Shown: in pieces, positions 15,551 to 30,203 of the stretch
Position numbering within the stretch: the stretch's first letter is position 1
How the letters are laid out: every line of letters begins with the position of its first letter
Assembly (NCBI GenBank): GCA_964016885.1
Contig: OZ024740.1
Coordinates: 385,330,001 to 385,394,000, forward strand
Origin: Eledone cirrhosa
Taxonomy: Eukaryota
Reading direction: 5' to 3'
DNA: 64,000 nt
The notes under the pieces: generated by a model
What the model was told of the DNA's origin: nothing
Database searches by the model: none
The model's input: only the letters and a program-made list of their open reading frames with translations
Program-made: the position numbers and the translations under genes

Positions 15551-16157
15551 ATATATATATATATATGTATATATATACATATATATATACATATGTATAT
15601 ATATATATATGTGTGTGTGTATATATATGTATGTGTATATATATATATGTATGTGTATATATATATATATGTATATATATACATATATATATACATATGT
15701 GTGTGTGTATATATATGTATGTGTATATATATGTATGTGTATATATACGTATGTGTATATATATATGTATGTAAATGTGTATGTATGTATGTATACGTGT
15801 ATGTATGTATGTATATGTGTATGTATGTATATGTGTATGTATGTATATGTGTATGTATATATGTGTATGTATGTATATGTATGTATGTATGTATGTATGT
15901 ATATATGTGTATGTATGTATATACGTGTATGTATGTATATGTATATATGTGTAAATATGTATAATGTATGTATATATATATATTGATAATATATATATAT
16001 ATGTATGTATAGATGTGTAGGTGTATGTATATATATTGATAATATATATATATATATATGTATGTATATATGTGTAGGTGTATGTATATATATGTATGTA
16101 TATATGTGTATGTATGTATATATATATATATATGTATGTGTATATAAATATGTACAC

Positions 16158-16660
16158 ATTTTTGGAAGGCCCTTGACTCTTATGAGTTCTTCCGCCCTTT
16201 GTCAGGTTTTGTTTTTTGTCCTTCGGGGTGTCCAAAATCACCCTCCTCACCAAGTACATATGTATGTATATGTATATGTGTATTGCATGTGTATGTATAT
16301 GTGTGGGGACACAGAAATAGTCAGTATTGACACCCGATCGCGCGGTTAAACCACTGGGAGTGAAGGACCACTAACCTTTGTCAGGGCATTCTTCTAGGAG
16401 AAGGCAACTCAGGAAACTGGGATAACTCCTATATAAAACCTGCGGCTGAGTAGTTACCAATGATGTTGATCTTTTCTTCTTTTCAGGTTATAACTACTGT
16501 TGCCCAGAGAATGGGATTGGCTCTGTGCACAGTCTTTCCTCACTTTAAAAAATATCTTCACGCACAGGCATTGCACGATAGAATTAATTAATAAATTTTA
16601 ATAATGGTATATCTGCAATGGCCATACTCGATAACGAGGGGGCAGCCATCATCATCATCA
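16158..16660 (+). mobile_element. Diverged relative of family N (subfamily N2) with inverted 5' segment (16158-16347) and (ATC)n tail
   Basis: 16158-16254 and 16303-16347 are reverse-complement homologues of 16700-16856; 16348-16649 is a forward homologue (CTAGGAGAAGGCAACTC, CTTCACGCACAGGCATTGC, CTCGATAACGAG). Confidence 0.8.
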
Positions 16661-16696
16661 TATATATCTATGTATGTATGTATATGTAACATGTAT

Positions 16697-17268
16697 CCCA
16701 GTACAACCTGTCCCATGGTCGGGTCGTTGGCGACTAAACTGGCAACCCCAGCAAGGTTTCTTGGTGAGGAGGGTGACTTTGGACATCCTGCAGGGCTAAA
16801 AACAAAACCTGTCAAGGGGAAAAGGAGCTCTTAAGAGTCAATGGCCATCCAAAATCACGGTGAGAAATGACCCCTTAGCCTTTGTCAAGGCAGAATTCTA
16901 GGAGAAGGAAAACTCTGATATATCACCTGCAACTCTGATGGTATCCAATGATGTTGACTTGTTCTTCTTTTTGGTAAATATAATGTTGGTTAAGAGAGTG
17001 GGACTGGCTTTGTGCAGTACCTTTGCTCACTATAAAAGCTTCACGGCACAGGCATTGCTTTATATCTGGAGATCTCTCTGCACTTGTCGTCACATGGTAC
17101 CATGGGCCCAGCACTATGTGTCAATAATTGTCACAAGTGTAGTGTTTGTACCAGAGTTTTCAATTCGCTGGCTGGACTAAAAAATCACACTTGTTCAGCG
17201 CATCGGTAGGGGTTCTCCTACATGGATATAAAGTAGTGGCCGTACTCGAAAACGAGTTGGCAGCCACC
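16697..17268 (+). mobile_element. Family N element copy 4, longest (about 570 bp)
   Basis: Includes a 5' extension absent from the other forward copies; no RT ORF. Confidence 0.92.
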
Positions 17269-18284
17269 ATATATATATATGTATGTATGTATATATATAT
17301 ATATATATGTGTGTATGTATGTATGTATGTATGTGTATGTATGTATATATATTTATAAATGTAGGTATATACGTGTATGTATGTGTATGTATGTATATAT
17401 ATTTATAAATGTAGGTATATACGTGTATGTATGTGTATATATATATATATATAATGTATGTATATATGTGTATCTATGTAGATATATATATATGTATATA
17501 TATGTGTGTGTATATATATATACATGTATGTATATATGTATATATGTGTGTATATATGTGTATATATGTGTGTATATGTGTATATATGTATGTATATGTG
17601 TATGTATGTATATATGTATGTATGTATGTATGTATATATATATATATAAGTGAATGTATGTATATATATATTTGTATATATGTACTTATGTATATAATTG
17701 TATATATGTATGTATATATGTGTATGTATGTATGTATATATATATATGTTTGTATATATGTGTATGTCTGTATATATGTGTATGTATGTATGTATATATG
17801 TGTATGTACGTATATATATGTATGTATATATGTGTATGTATTATATATATATGTATATATGTGTATGTATGTACGTATATGTGTATGTATGTATGTATAT
17901 GTGTATGTATGTACGTATATATGTGTATGTATGTATGTATGTATGTGTATGTATGTACGTATATATATGTATGTATATGTGTATGTATGTACGTATATAT
18001 ATGTATGTATATATGTGTATGTATGTACGTATATATATGTATGTTTATGTGTATGTATGTACGTATATATATATGTATATGTGTATGTATGTACGTATAT
18101 ATATGTATGTATATATGTACGTATATATTTGTATGTATGTATGTGTATGTATGTATATGTGTATGTATGTATATATATATATAAATGTGCATATGTATAT
18201 ATATGTGTATGTATGTATATATATGTGTATGTATATATATGTGTATATATGTATATATATATATATGTGTATGTATGTATATAT

Positions 18285-18688
18285 AGATGACCCCTTAGCC
18301 TTTGTCAAGGCAGAATTCTAGGAGAAGGAAAACTCTGATATAACACCTGCAACTCTGATGGTATCCAATGATGTTGACTTTTTCTTATTTTTGGTAAATA
18401 TCATCTTGGTTAAGAGAGTGGGACTGGCTTTGTGCAGTGCCTTTGCTCACTATAAAAGCTTCACGGCACAGGCATTGCTTTATATCTGGAGATCTCTCTG
18501 CACTTGTCGTTACATGGTACCATGGGCCCAGCACTATGTGTCAATAATTGTCACAAGTGTAGTGTTTGTACCAGAGTTTTCAAGTTGCTGGCTGCACTAA
18601 AAAGTCACACTTGTTCAGCGCATCGGTAGGGGTTCTCCTACATGGATATAAAGTAGTGGCCATACTCGAAAACGAGTTGGCAGCCACC
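18285..18688 (+). mobile_element. Family N element copy 5 (5'-truncated)
   Basis: Begins AGATGACCCCTTAGCC, ends GCAGCCACC. Confidence 0.92.
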
Positions 18689-19197
18689 ATATATATGTAT
18701 GTATATATATATATGTATGTGTATGTATGTATATATATATATATGTATGTGTATGTATGTATATATGTATGTGTATGTATGTATATATATATATATGTAT
18801 GTGTATGTATGTATATATGTATGTGTATGTATGTATATATATATATATGTATGTGTATGTATGTGTATGTATGTATGTATATATATATGTGTATGTACGT
18901 ATATATATATGTGCATGTACGTATATATATATATGTGTATGTATGTATATATATATATATATATATGTGTATGTATGTATATATATATATATGTGTATGT
19001 ACGTATATATATATGTGTATGTATGTATATATGTGTATGTACGTATATATGTGTATGTACGTATATATGTGTATGTATGTATGTATATATATATATATAT
19101 ATATGTATGTATATATATATGTATGTATATATATATGTGTGTACGTATATATATATGTGTGTACGTATATATGTGTATGTATGTATATATGTGTATG

Positions 19198-19229
<32 letters not shown>

Positions 19230-19283
19230 TATGTATGTATATATATATGTGTATGTATATATATATATATGTATATATAGGTG

Positions 19284-19316
<33 letters not shown>

Positions 19317-19910
19317 ATATATGTGTATGTATATATATGTGTATGTATATATATGTGTATGTATATATATGTGTATGTATATATATGTGTATGTATATAT
19401 ATGTGTATGTATATATATGTGTATGTATATATATGTGTATGTATATATATATGTGTATGTATGTATATGTGTATGTATGTATGTGTATATATATGTATGT
19501 ATGTGTATATATATATGTATGTGTGTATATATATGTGTATGTATGTGTATATATATGTATGTATGTATGTGTGTATATATGTATGTATGTATGTGTGTAT
19601 ATATATATATAATTATATATATATATGTATGTATATATCTATGTATGTGTATATATAAATATGTATATATATATATATGTATGTATATATATATGCGTAT
19701 GTATGTATGTGTATATATAAATATGTATATATATATGTATGTATATATATATGCGTATGTATGTCTATATAAATATATATATATGTATGTATATATATGC
19801 GTATGTATGTCTATATATATATAAATATATATATATGTATGTATATATATGCGTATGTATGTATATATATATATAAATATATATGTATGTATGTATATAT
19901 TGCGTATGTG

Positions 19911-19955
<45 letters not shown>

Positions 19956-20050
19956 GCGTATGTATGTGTATATATATATAAATATATATATATATATGTA
20001 TGTGTATATATATATGAGTATGTATGTGTATATATATATAAATATATATA

Positions 20051-20172
20051 ATAATAATAATGAAATTATTGTGTACAGTGCTCAGGTGCACTACAACTCA
20101 TCAAAGGTGCATGTATAGTACATAGAATAATGTACAAATGTCAGGGTAAATGAACAGTGTATGAGTCATGAT
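20051..20172 (-). mobile_element. Short diverged 3'-end copy of CR1-group family B, in tandem with the long copy
   Basis: Homologous to 20174-20305 and has its own (ATT)n tail. Confidence 0.8.
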
Positions 20173-20173
20173 A

Positions 20174-22228
20174 TAATAATAATAACAATAATAATGAAAT
20201 ATTGTGTACAATGCCCAGGTGCACCACAACTCATCAAAAAGTGCATGTACAGTACATAGGGCAATGCACAAACATCAGGAAAATGAACAGTGCACGATTC
20301 ATGATACACACGTGTGCATGTGTATGGAAGGGGTACATCAGGTGTAGTGTTGTCGTATTTTGGGAAGCATGAGTGTCTTAAAGGATGCAGTGTCTCGGGA
20401 GCTAACAACTGATGCAGTCAGTTTGTTCCATGCTTCAGCAACTCTGAGCGTGAAAAAATGTCTACGAAAATCATGGGAGCTGTGCTATTTTCAGATTTTG
20501 TAGGCATGTCCACGTGTGTTAGAGACATGGAGATCAAAAAGGTGCTCCGGGTTGCAATTGGCGAGATGGTTAATAACTTTGTCGGTATTTACCAAGTCCA
20601 TTGCTAGATGTCGGAGTTTCAATGAATCCATGCCCAGGGAAGCAAGGCGTTCATAGTATGGTAGGTGTCTGATGGAGGGTATGCGCTTGGTTGCACGTCT
20701 CTGAACAGTTTCCAGGAGGTCAATGTTCTGAGCAAGATAGGGGTTCCAGACTGATGATGCAAATTCCAAGTGTGGTCGTACCATAGCTGCATACAGTTTT
20801 AAATAGATTGTTGGAGAGCAGCTAACAAAGGTCTTGCTGAGTGATGCCAAGACACCCTCGGCCTTCTTGACAATCTTAGAGTCATGCTTTGTCCAACGCA
20901 AATTGCTGCTGACAGTAATGCCCAGGTCACGTTCACAAGAGGACTTCTTGATATCAGTGTTGTGGAGGGAGTATGTGGACGCTGGATTTTTCCTCCCAAA
21001 ATGCATGGTGGTACACTTGTCCACAACCAGCTTCAGTTGCCAGTCTGTGATCCATTGCTGCATTGTGTCCAGGTCTGATTGTAGGAAAGTGTTGTAGATT
21101 TCAGGATCAGTCCTTTTGATTTCAAGGTACAGCTTGATGTCATCTGCATATTTCAGTACCGTGGCATCTATGTCATTAATATATGCTACAAACAAAAGGG
21201 GACCAAGAACAGATCCCTGTGGTACACCAGATGACATCTCATATGGTGAAGAATGCTGTCCTAGAACCGTGACTACTTCTTTTCGGCTGAGAATGAAGGA
21301 TTTCAACCAGTCGAAAAGATCATCCCTCACACCCATTGCAGAGAGTTTTGCCATAAGTCTTTTGTGTGGCACAGAATTAAAAGCCTTAGCAAAGTCAAGG
21401 TAAACAACATCTACCCATGAGCCACTGTCAGTGATCCGGGTGATGTCTTCAAGGAACTCGATAAGCTGATCACAGCAGCTGGAGTTAGGGATAAATCCAA
21501 ACTGTGAGGGCTGGATGAGGCTGTGAGAGCTCCAGAAGTTCCAAAGTGTTTTTCTGACACAGGATTCCATCAGTTTGGCCATACAGCTAGTAAGACTGAC
21601 TGGACGATAGTTGACAGGTGACATGCGGTTGCCCTTTTTGAACAGGGGAATGACACTGGCAGTTTTCCACTGCTCCGAAGTAGCACCATTGTTGAGACAG
21701 TATTGAAAGAAGAAAGAAAGCTGGTGCAAAAGGAAATACCCACCACGTTTGAGAAACAGGTATGTAACACCATCAAGACCAGGGGAGGCATGGTTGCGCT
21801 TATTCTTAAGGTGACGTCGCAACATTGCAGGTGTAAATTCCATAGTTGTTATGGAATTTGATGTTAGAGATGGTGGAGATGGTACATTCTGGTTTTCAAC
21901 AGTAAAAATACTTGCATAGCACTCAGCAGTTCTGCGCATTCTTTGGGATCGTCAGTGATCTGGCTTGTGTGGGGATTGCGAAGAGGACCAACTGGAGAGT
22001 GAGGTCTCTGCTTTGAATGAACATATGTCCAGAACACCTTACTGTCAGGATTGGTTGCTATACACTGTTCAAATTAAAGGACTGCCTTCTTTGTCACTTG
22101 CTTGAGATGGTTAGAAGATTTATTCCGCTTTTTTCTGTTGGCATCTGATTTATGCAGTTATATTCCCGTTCAGCGTTCCGATGTTCTTTCCTGGCAAGTC
22201 GGACCGCTGAAGTTTCCATAATTGCACT
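20174..22228 (-). mobile_element. CR1-group LINE family B, 5'-truncated, with RT-coding region (ORF 20491..21939)
   Basis: SPGLDG, NYRPVSLTS, QFGF, YLDFAKAFNSVPH, SGVPQGSVLGPLLF, YADD, ERDLGI, RPHLEF; frameshift upstream and premature stop near the C-terminus; (ATT)n tail. Confidence 0.93.
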
Positions 22229-22566
22229 ATGTATGTGTATATATATGAGTATGTATGTGTATATATATATGAATATATATATATATGTATGTATATATAT
22301 GCGCATGTATCGGTATATATATATGTATATATATATATGTGTATGTATGAATATATAAATATATATATATATATATGTATATATATAAGCGTATGTATGT
22401 GTATATATATGTATATATATATGCGTATGTATGTGTGTATGTATATATATGCGTATGTATGTGTGTGTATATATATATATGCGTATGTATGTGTATATAT
22501 ATATATATGTATATATATATGCGTATGTATGTGTATATATATATATATGTATATATATATGCGTAT

Positions 22567-22622
<56 letters not shown>

Positions 22623-22710
22623 AGGTTATATTTAATTTGTTGGGATACAAGCTTAAAAATATTTTTATAACTGATATAAAGCACTCAACAATTTATTGGA
22701 GTAAATATAC

Positions 22711-23021
22711 AATATATTAACAAATGGAAACTATATTTATAAAACCATATTTATTTTATTATACATATTTCAAGGGCCACCAAGGCAAAATATGGTGCGC
22801 TTTCATCAGATAAAATACAATACAGATTAGTTTTATAAATAAATATTGTCTATCCAGGAAGCTCCAACCATTAAGTTTGTCTTTTTTTCAGGGTATGTCA
22901 ACTAATTTGTATTGTATTTTATCTCATGAAAGCGCACCATAATTTGCCTTGGTGGCCCTTGAAATATGTATAAAAAAATAAATATAGTTTTATAAATATA
23001 GTTTCCATTTGTTAATATATT
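22711..23021. repeat. Long inverted repeat (about 122-bp arms, 67-bp spacer); probable Penelope-like inverted pseudo-LTR
   Basis: 22711-22832 is the reverse complement of 22900-23021 with few mismatches. Confidence 0.9.
22752..22817 (-). ncRNA. Minimal type-I hammerhead ribozyme
   Basis: tattttat-CTGATGA-aagcgcacca/tattttgcct/tggtggccctt-GAAA-tatgta-TA-ataaaata: perfect 8-bp stem I, bulged stem II, minimal stem III. Confidence 0.75.
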
Positions 23022-23038
23022 AAATATATATATATATG

Positions 23039-23069
<31 letters not shown>

Positions 23070-23087
23070 ATATATGTATGTATCGGC

Positions 23088-23513
23088 GTTGCAGGTGTTA
23101 TATCAGAGTTTTCCTTCTCCTAGAATTCTTCATTGACAAAGGCTAAGGGGTCATCTCTCCTGGTGATTTTGGATGGCCATTGATGGTATCCAATGATGTT
23201 GACATGTTCTTCTTTTTGGTAAATATCATCTTGGTTAAGAGAGTGGGACTGGCTTTGTGCAGTGCCTTTGCTCACTATAAAAGGTTCACGGCACAGGCAT
23301 TGCTTTATATCTGGAGATCTCTCTGCCCTTGTCGTCACATGGTACCATGGGCCCAGCACTATGTGTCAATAATTGTCACAAGTGTAGTGTTTGTATCAGA
23401 GTTTTCACGTCGCTGGCTGGACTAAAAAGTCACACTCGTTCAGCGCATCGGTAGGAGTTCTCCTACATGGATATAAAGTAGTGGCTGTACTTGAAAACGA
23501 GTTGGCAGCCACC
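23088..23513 (+). mobile_element. Family N element copy 6 with inverted 5' segment
   Basis: 23088-23183 is the reverse complement of about 16837-16933; forward part from 23181; TGA microhomology. Confidence 0.9.
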
Positions 23514-23806
23514 ATATATGTATGTATATGTATGTATGTATATATATATATGTATGTATATGTATGTATGTATATATATATATGTATGTATATGTATGTA
23601 TGTATATATATATATGTATGTATATGTATGTATGTATATATATATATGTATGTATATGTATGTATGTATATATGTATATGTATGTATGTATATATATATA
23701 TGTATGTATATGTATGTATATATATATATGTATGTATATGTATGTATATATATATATATGTATGTATATGTATGTACGTATATATATATATGGATGTATG
23801 TATATG

Positions 23807-23862
<56 letters not shown>

Positions 23863-24211
23863 CATATATATATATGGATGTATGTATATGTATGCATATA
23901 TATATATGGATGTATGTATATGTATGCATATATATATATGGATGTATGTATATGTATGCATATATATATATGGATGTATGTATATGTATGCATATATATA
24001 TATGGATGTATGTATATGTATGCATATATATATATGGATGGATGTATATGTATGCATATATATATATGGATGGATGTATATGTATGTATATATATATGGA
24101 TGGATGTATATGTATGTATATATATATGGATGTATGTATATGTATGTATATATATATATATATGTATGTATATGTATGTATATATATATATGGATGTATA
24201 TATATGTATGT

Positions 24212-25521
24212 ATAACTTTGAATAACTTTGAAATGTTTTGGCCAGTATTGGCCCAGGCCATGTCTAACTTAATAGCACCACCTGGCGAAGTCTTTCAATT
24301 CAGGATTTGGGCACCATGGCCCATTCGAGAAGAGAATTACTGTTTGCGGAGACATATCCGGGTGTGGGTGGTTTGTCCGGGATTACTTGGAGGAATTTGT
24401 CCAAAGACTTCTTGAATTTTGTGTGGTCAGTTTCTGTTTTGACGTGTCCTGGTGTGATGTTGAAGAGAGCAGGGCCGATTGAGGTGAAATAATTGTGCCG
24501 TATTGTTGTTATGAGTTGCGATTTAGATTTTTGAATGGGACGGATAGCACGGGGCCCAAGCCTTGGGTGTATCTTGAAGGCGATGCCAACATCATTTGGG
24601 CAGTGATGATGGAACATTTTCCACATCATGCAGATAATATAACGCTCACGGCGACGTTGGAGTGAGTAAAGTTTCAGGTTTTCCAATCGACCCCAGTAGT
24701 CAAGGTCTGACATGCCATCTATCTTTTTCGTGATTGCCCTTTGAGGAGCTTCAAGTTTCATGATACTTTGTTTCGTGTGGGGAGACCACAGTGGACAACA
24801 GTATTCAAGGTGTGGTCGGGCGAAAGTAGAGAAGAGAAGGATAATGGTGCGGGAATCTCTCGACTGGAAGGTTCTGAGGATCCAGGAACACATTCTGCGG
24901 GCCATGTCAACTTTGCTGCTTATATGCGTGGTCCAGCTTATGTTGCTGTCCACGGTTACTCCCAAGTCTCTGATGTTGTTAGATGCCACGAGAGTTTCCC
25001 CGGAGGGAAGGGAGTACGGGAGTTTCAGAGCATCCTCTTTTCCAAAGTGGATCAGTTCGAATTTGTCTTCGTTCAGTAACATGTTGTTCTTTTCTGCCCA
25101 TTGGGTAACAGCCAGTAGGTCTGACTGAAGGCTTATCCGGTCATCCATGCCATTGATGACCTTTTGGAGCTTGGAATCATCAGCGAAAATTTTAATGTTG
25201 CTGTGTTTGATGATGTCAGTGATGTCATTAATATAGATGATGAAGAGAAGTGGGCCCAACACAGTGCCTTGTGGGACTCCACTACTGACTTTGGCTGGGC
25301 TTGATTTGACTCCCTCAACTACAACATGTTGGGTTCTGTTTGACAGGAAGCTCTTGATCCACTGCAGCAGCTTTCCAATGACACCAATATTGGACAGCTT
25401 TCTCAGTAGAATGTTATGATCAACCCTGTCAAAGGCCTTGCTGAAATCAAGGTAGATAACATCAGTGTTGGAACCCTCTCCCAAGGCTCTCAAAATGTCA
25501 TCAAAGTGATCCAGTAGTTGC
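24212..25521 (-). mobile_element. CR1/L2-group LINE family C, 5'-truncated, open RT-to-stop frame (ORF 24300..25523)
   Basis: [58 protein letters not shown]; tail (TTCAAAGTTA)2. Confidence 0.93.
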
Positions 25522-26658
25522 ATACATACACATATATATATATATATATGGGTATGTATGTATATATATATATGTGTGTGTATGTATGTATGTATATATA
25601 TATATATGTGTGTATGTATGTATGTATATATATATATATATATGTGTATGTATGTATGTATGTATATATATATGTGTATGTATGTATATATATATATATA
25701 TATGTGTATGTATGTATGTATGTATATATATATGTGTATGTATGTATGTATGTATATATATATATGTGTGTATGTATGTATGTATATATATATATGTGTG
25801 TATGTATGTATGTATATATATATATGTGTGTATGTATGTATGTATATATATATATGTGTGTATGTATGTATGTATATATATGTGTGTATGTATGTATGTA
25901 TATATATATGTGTGTATGTATGTATGTATGTATATATATATATGTGTGTATGTATGTATATATATATATATATGTGTATGTATATATATATATGTGTATG
26001 TATATATATATATATATGTATGTATATATATATATATATGTATGTATATATATATGTATGTATATATATATATGTATGTATATATATATATATATGTATG
26101 TATATATATATATGTGTATGTATGTATGTGTATATATATGTGTGTATGTATGTATGTGTATATATATGTGTGTATGTATGTATATATATATATATGTGTA
26201 TGTATGTATGTATGTATATATATATATGTGTGTATGTATATATATATATATGTGTATGTATATATATATATATATGTATGTATATATATATATATGTATG
26301 TATATATATATATATGTATGTATATATATATATATATGTATGTATATATATATATATATGTATGTATATATATATATATATGTGTATGTATGTATGTGTA
26401 TATATATGTGTGTATGTATATATATATATATATGTATATGTATGTATGTATGTATATATATATATGTGTATGTATGTATATATATATATATGTGTATGTA
26501 TGTATGTATGTATATATATATATATATATGTGTATGTATATATATATATATATATATATGTGTATGTATATATATATATATGTGTATGTATGTATGTATG
26601 TATGTATATATATATATATGTGTATGTATGTATGTATGTATATATATATATGTGTATG

Positions 26659-26693
<35 letters not shown>

Positions 26694-26700
26694 GTATGTA

Positions 26701-26736
<36 letters not shown>

Positions 26737-26828
26737 TATATATATATATATATATATGTGTTTATCTATGTATGTATATATATATATATATGTGTATGTA
26801 TGTATGTATATATATATATATATAATAA

Positions 26829-26860
<32 letters not shown>

Positions 26861-26897
26861 GTGTATGTATGTATGTATATATATATATATATAATAA

Positions 26898-26929
<32 letters not shown>

Positions 26930-26939
26930 GTGTATGTAT

Positions 26940-26981
<42 letters not shown>

Positions 26982-27018
26982 GTGTATGTATGTATGTATA
27001 TATATATATATATAATAA

Positions 27019-27050
<32 letters not shown>

Positions 27051-28532
27051 GTGTATGTATGTATGTATATATATATATATATAATAAATATATATATATA
27101 TCTGTATTTATATATATATGTATTTATATATATATGTATGTGTATGTATGTGTATTTATATATATATATGTATGTGTATGTATGTATATATATATATATA
27201 TATATGTGTATGTATATATATATATATGTATATGTGTATGTATATATATATATATGTGTATGTATGTATGTATATATATATATGTGTATGTATGTATATA
27301 TATATGTGTATGTATGTATGTATGTATATATATATGTGTATGTATGTATGTATGTATATATATATATGTGTATGTATGTATGTATGTATGTATATATATA
27401 TATATATGTGTATGTATGTATGCATGTATATATATATATATATATATGTGTATGTATGTATGTATGTACATACATATATATGTATGTATGTACATATATA
27501 TGTATGTATGTATGTACATATATATATGTATGTATATATATATGTGTATGTATGTATGTACATATATATGTATGTATGTATGTATATATATATATGTGTA
27601 TGTATGCATGTACATATATATGTATGTATGTATGTACATATATATGTATGTATGTATGTACATATATATGTATGTGTATGTATGTATATATATATATATG
27701 TGTATGTATGTATATATATATATATATGTGTGTATGTATGTATGTATGTACATATATGTGTATGTATGTATGTACATATGTGTATGTGTATGTATGTATA
27801 TATATATATATGTGTATGTATGTATGTATATGTGTATGTATGTATGTATATATATGTGTATGTATGTATGTATATATATATGTATGTGTATGTATGTATG
27901 TATGTATATATATATGTATGTGTATGTATGTATGTATATATATATGTATGTGTATGTATGTATGTATATATATATGTATGTGTATGTATGTATGTATATA
28001 TATATATGTATGTGTATATATGTATATATATATGTATGTGTATGTATGTATATATATATGTATGTGTATGTATGTATATATATATGTATGTGTATGTATG
28101 TATGTATATATATATATGTGTGTATGTATATATATATGTGTGTATGTATATATATATGTGTATGTATGTATGTATATATATATATATGTGTATGTATGTA
28201 TGTATATATATATATGTGTATGTATGTATGTATATATATATATATGTGTATGTATGTGTATATATATATATATGTGTATGTATATATATATGTGTATGTA
28301 TGTATATATATATATAATAAATATGTATGTATGTATATATATATGTATGTGTATGTATGTGTATATATATATATAAATATATATATATGTGTATGTATGT
28401 GTATATATATATATATAAATATATATATATATGTGTATGTATATATATATATATATATATAATAAATATGTATGTATGTATATATATATGTATGTGTATA
28501 TATATATATATATAAATATATATATGTGTATG

Positions 28533-28574
<42 letters not shown>

Positions 28575-28612
28575 TATATATATATATGTATGTATATTTA
28601 TATGTGTATGTA

Positions 28613-28651
<39 letters not shown>

Positions 28652-28657
<6 letters not shown>

Positions 28658-28790
28658 ATTATGTAATAAACAACATAAGGCAATTATTCCATTTAACAGT
28701 GGTTTCTTAAAAGCAAAAGGTTTTGCTTTTAAGAAACCACTGGTAAATGGAATAATTGCCTTATGTTGTTTATTACATAATAATAATAAT
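28652..28790. repeat. Near-perfect, almost spacerless palindrome (about 68-bp arms)
   Basis: ...GTGGTTTCTTAAAAGCAAAA-GG-TTTTGCTTTTAAGAAACCAC...; arms extend to the (ATT)n/(AAT)n ends. Confidence 0.92.
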
Positions 28791-29814
28791 TAAGCTCTGT
28801 TGCCTACATAGAGCACTCTTTTTTCCTGAACTTTTCCGATGGAATTACTTCATTTATATATATATATATAAATATATATATATGTATGTATATATGTGTA
28901 TGTATGTATATATGTGTATGTATGTATATATATATATAAATATATATCTATGTATGTATATATGTGTATGTATGTATGTATATATATATATGTGTATGTA
29001 TATATATATAAATATATATATATGTATGTATATATGTGTATGTATGTATATATATATATATATGTATATATGTGTATGTATATATATATAAAGATATATA
29101 TATATAAATATATATATATGTATGGAAATATGTGTATGTATGTATACATATATATATAAATATATATGTATGTATATATGTGTATGTATGTATACATATA
29201 TATATAAATATATATGTATGTATATATGTGTATGTATGTATACATATATATATAAATATATATGTATGTATATGTGTATGTATGTATACATATATATATA
29301 AATATATATGTATGTATATGTGTATGTATGTATACATATATATATATAAATATATATATATGTATATATGTATGTATATATATATAAACATATATATATA
29401 TATATAAATATATATATATGTATGTATATATGTGTATGTATGTATATATATATAAACATATATATATATATATAAATATATATATATGTATGTATATATG
29501 TGTATGTATGTATGTATATATATATAAACATATATATATATAAATATATATATGTATGTATATATGTGTATGTATGTATACATATATATATAAATATATG
29601 TATATATGTGTATGTATGTTTATATATGTATATATATAAATATATATCTGTATAAATATGTCTGTTTATATATATATGTGAATGTATATATATGTATATA
29701 TATAAATATGTATATATAAATATATGTATATATGTGTATGTATGTTTATATATGTATATATATAAATATATATCTGTATAAATATGTCTGTTTATATATA
29801 TATGTGAATGTATA

Positions 29815-29854
<40 letters not shown>

Positions 29855-30100
29855 TGTATATATAAATATGTATATATATGTATATATATATATATATATA
29901 TGTGTATGTATATGTATGTATATATATATGTATGTATATATCAATGATATTAATAAAATAAATATGGTCTTCTAATTATACTTTTCATTTATTTATATCA
30001 TCGATATTATACTCCAGGAAACCTGCCGAGTGCTTTGAATCTGTTATAAATAAATAAAATTTGTTGAATTACCAGCAAATTAAATTTCTCTTTGCTTATA

Positions 30101-30135
<35 letters not shown>

Positions 30136-30203
30136 GTGTGTGTGTGTTAGGTAATTCCGAATGAAAAGCAAAGGAAAAAGAGTACTCTATGTATAGAACA
30201 GAT

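Noticed and set aside
16460-16490. Splice-acceptor-like TTGATCTTTTCTTCTTTTCAG|G in subfamily N2
   Set aside because: The AG is absent in the six family N copies (TTTTTGG) and no donor was identified.
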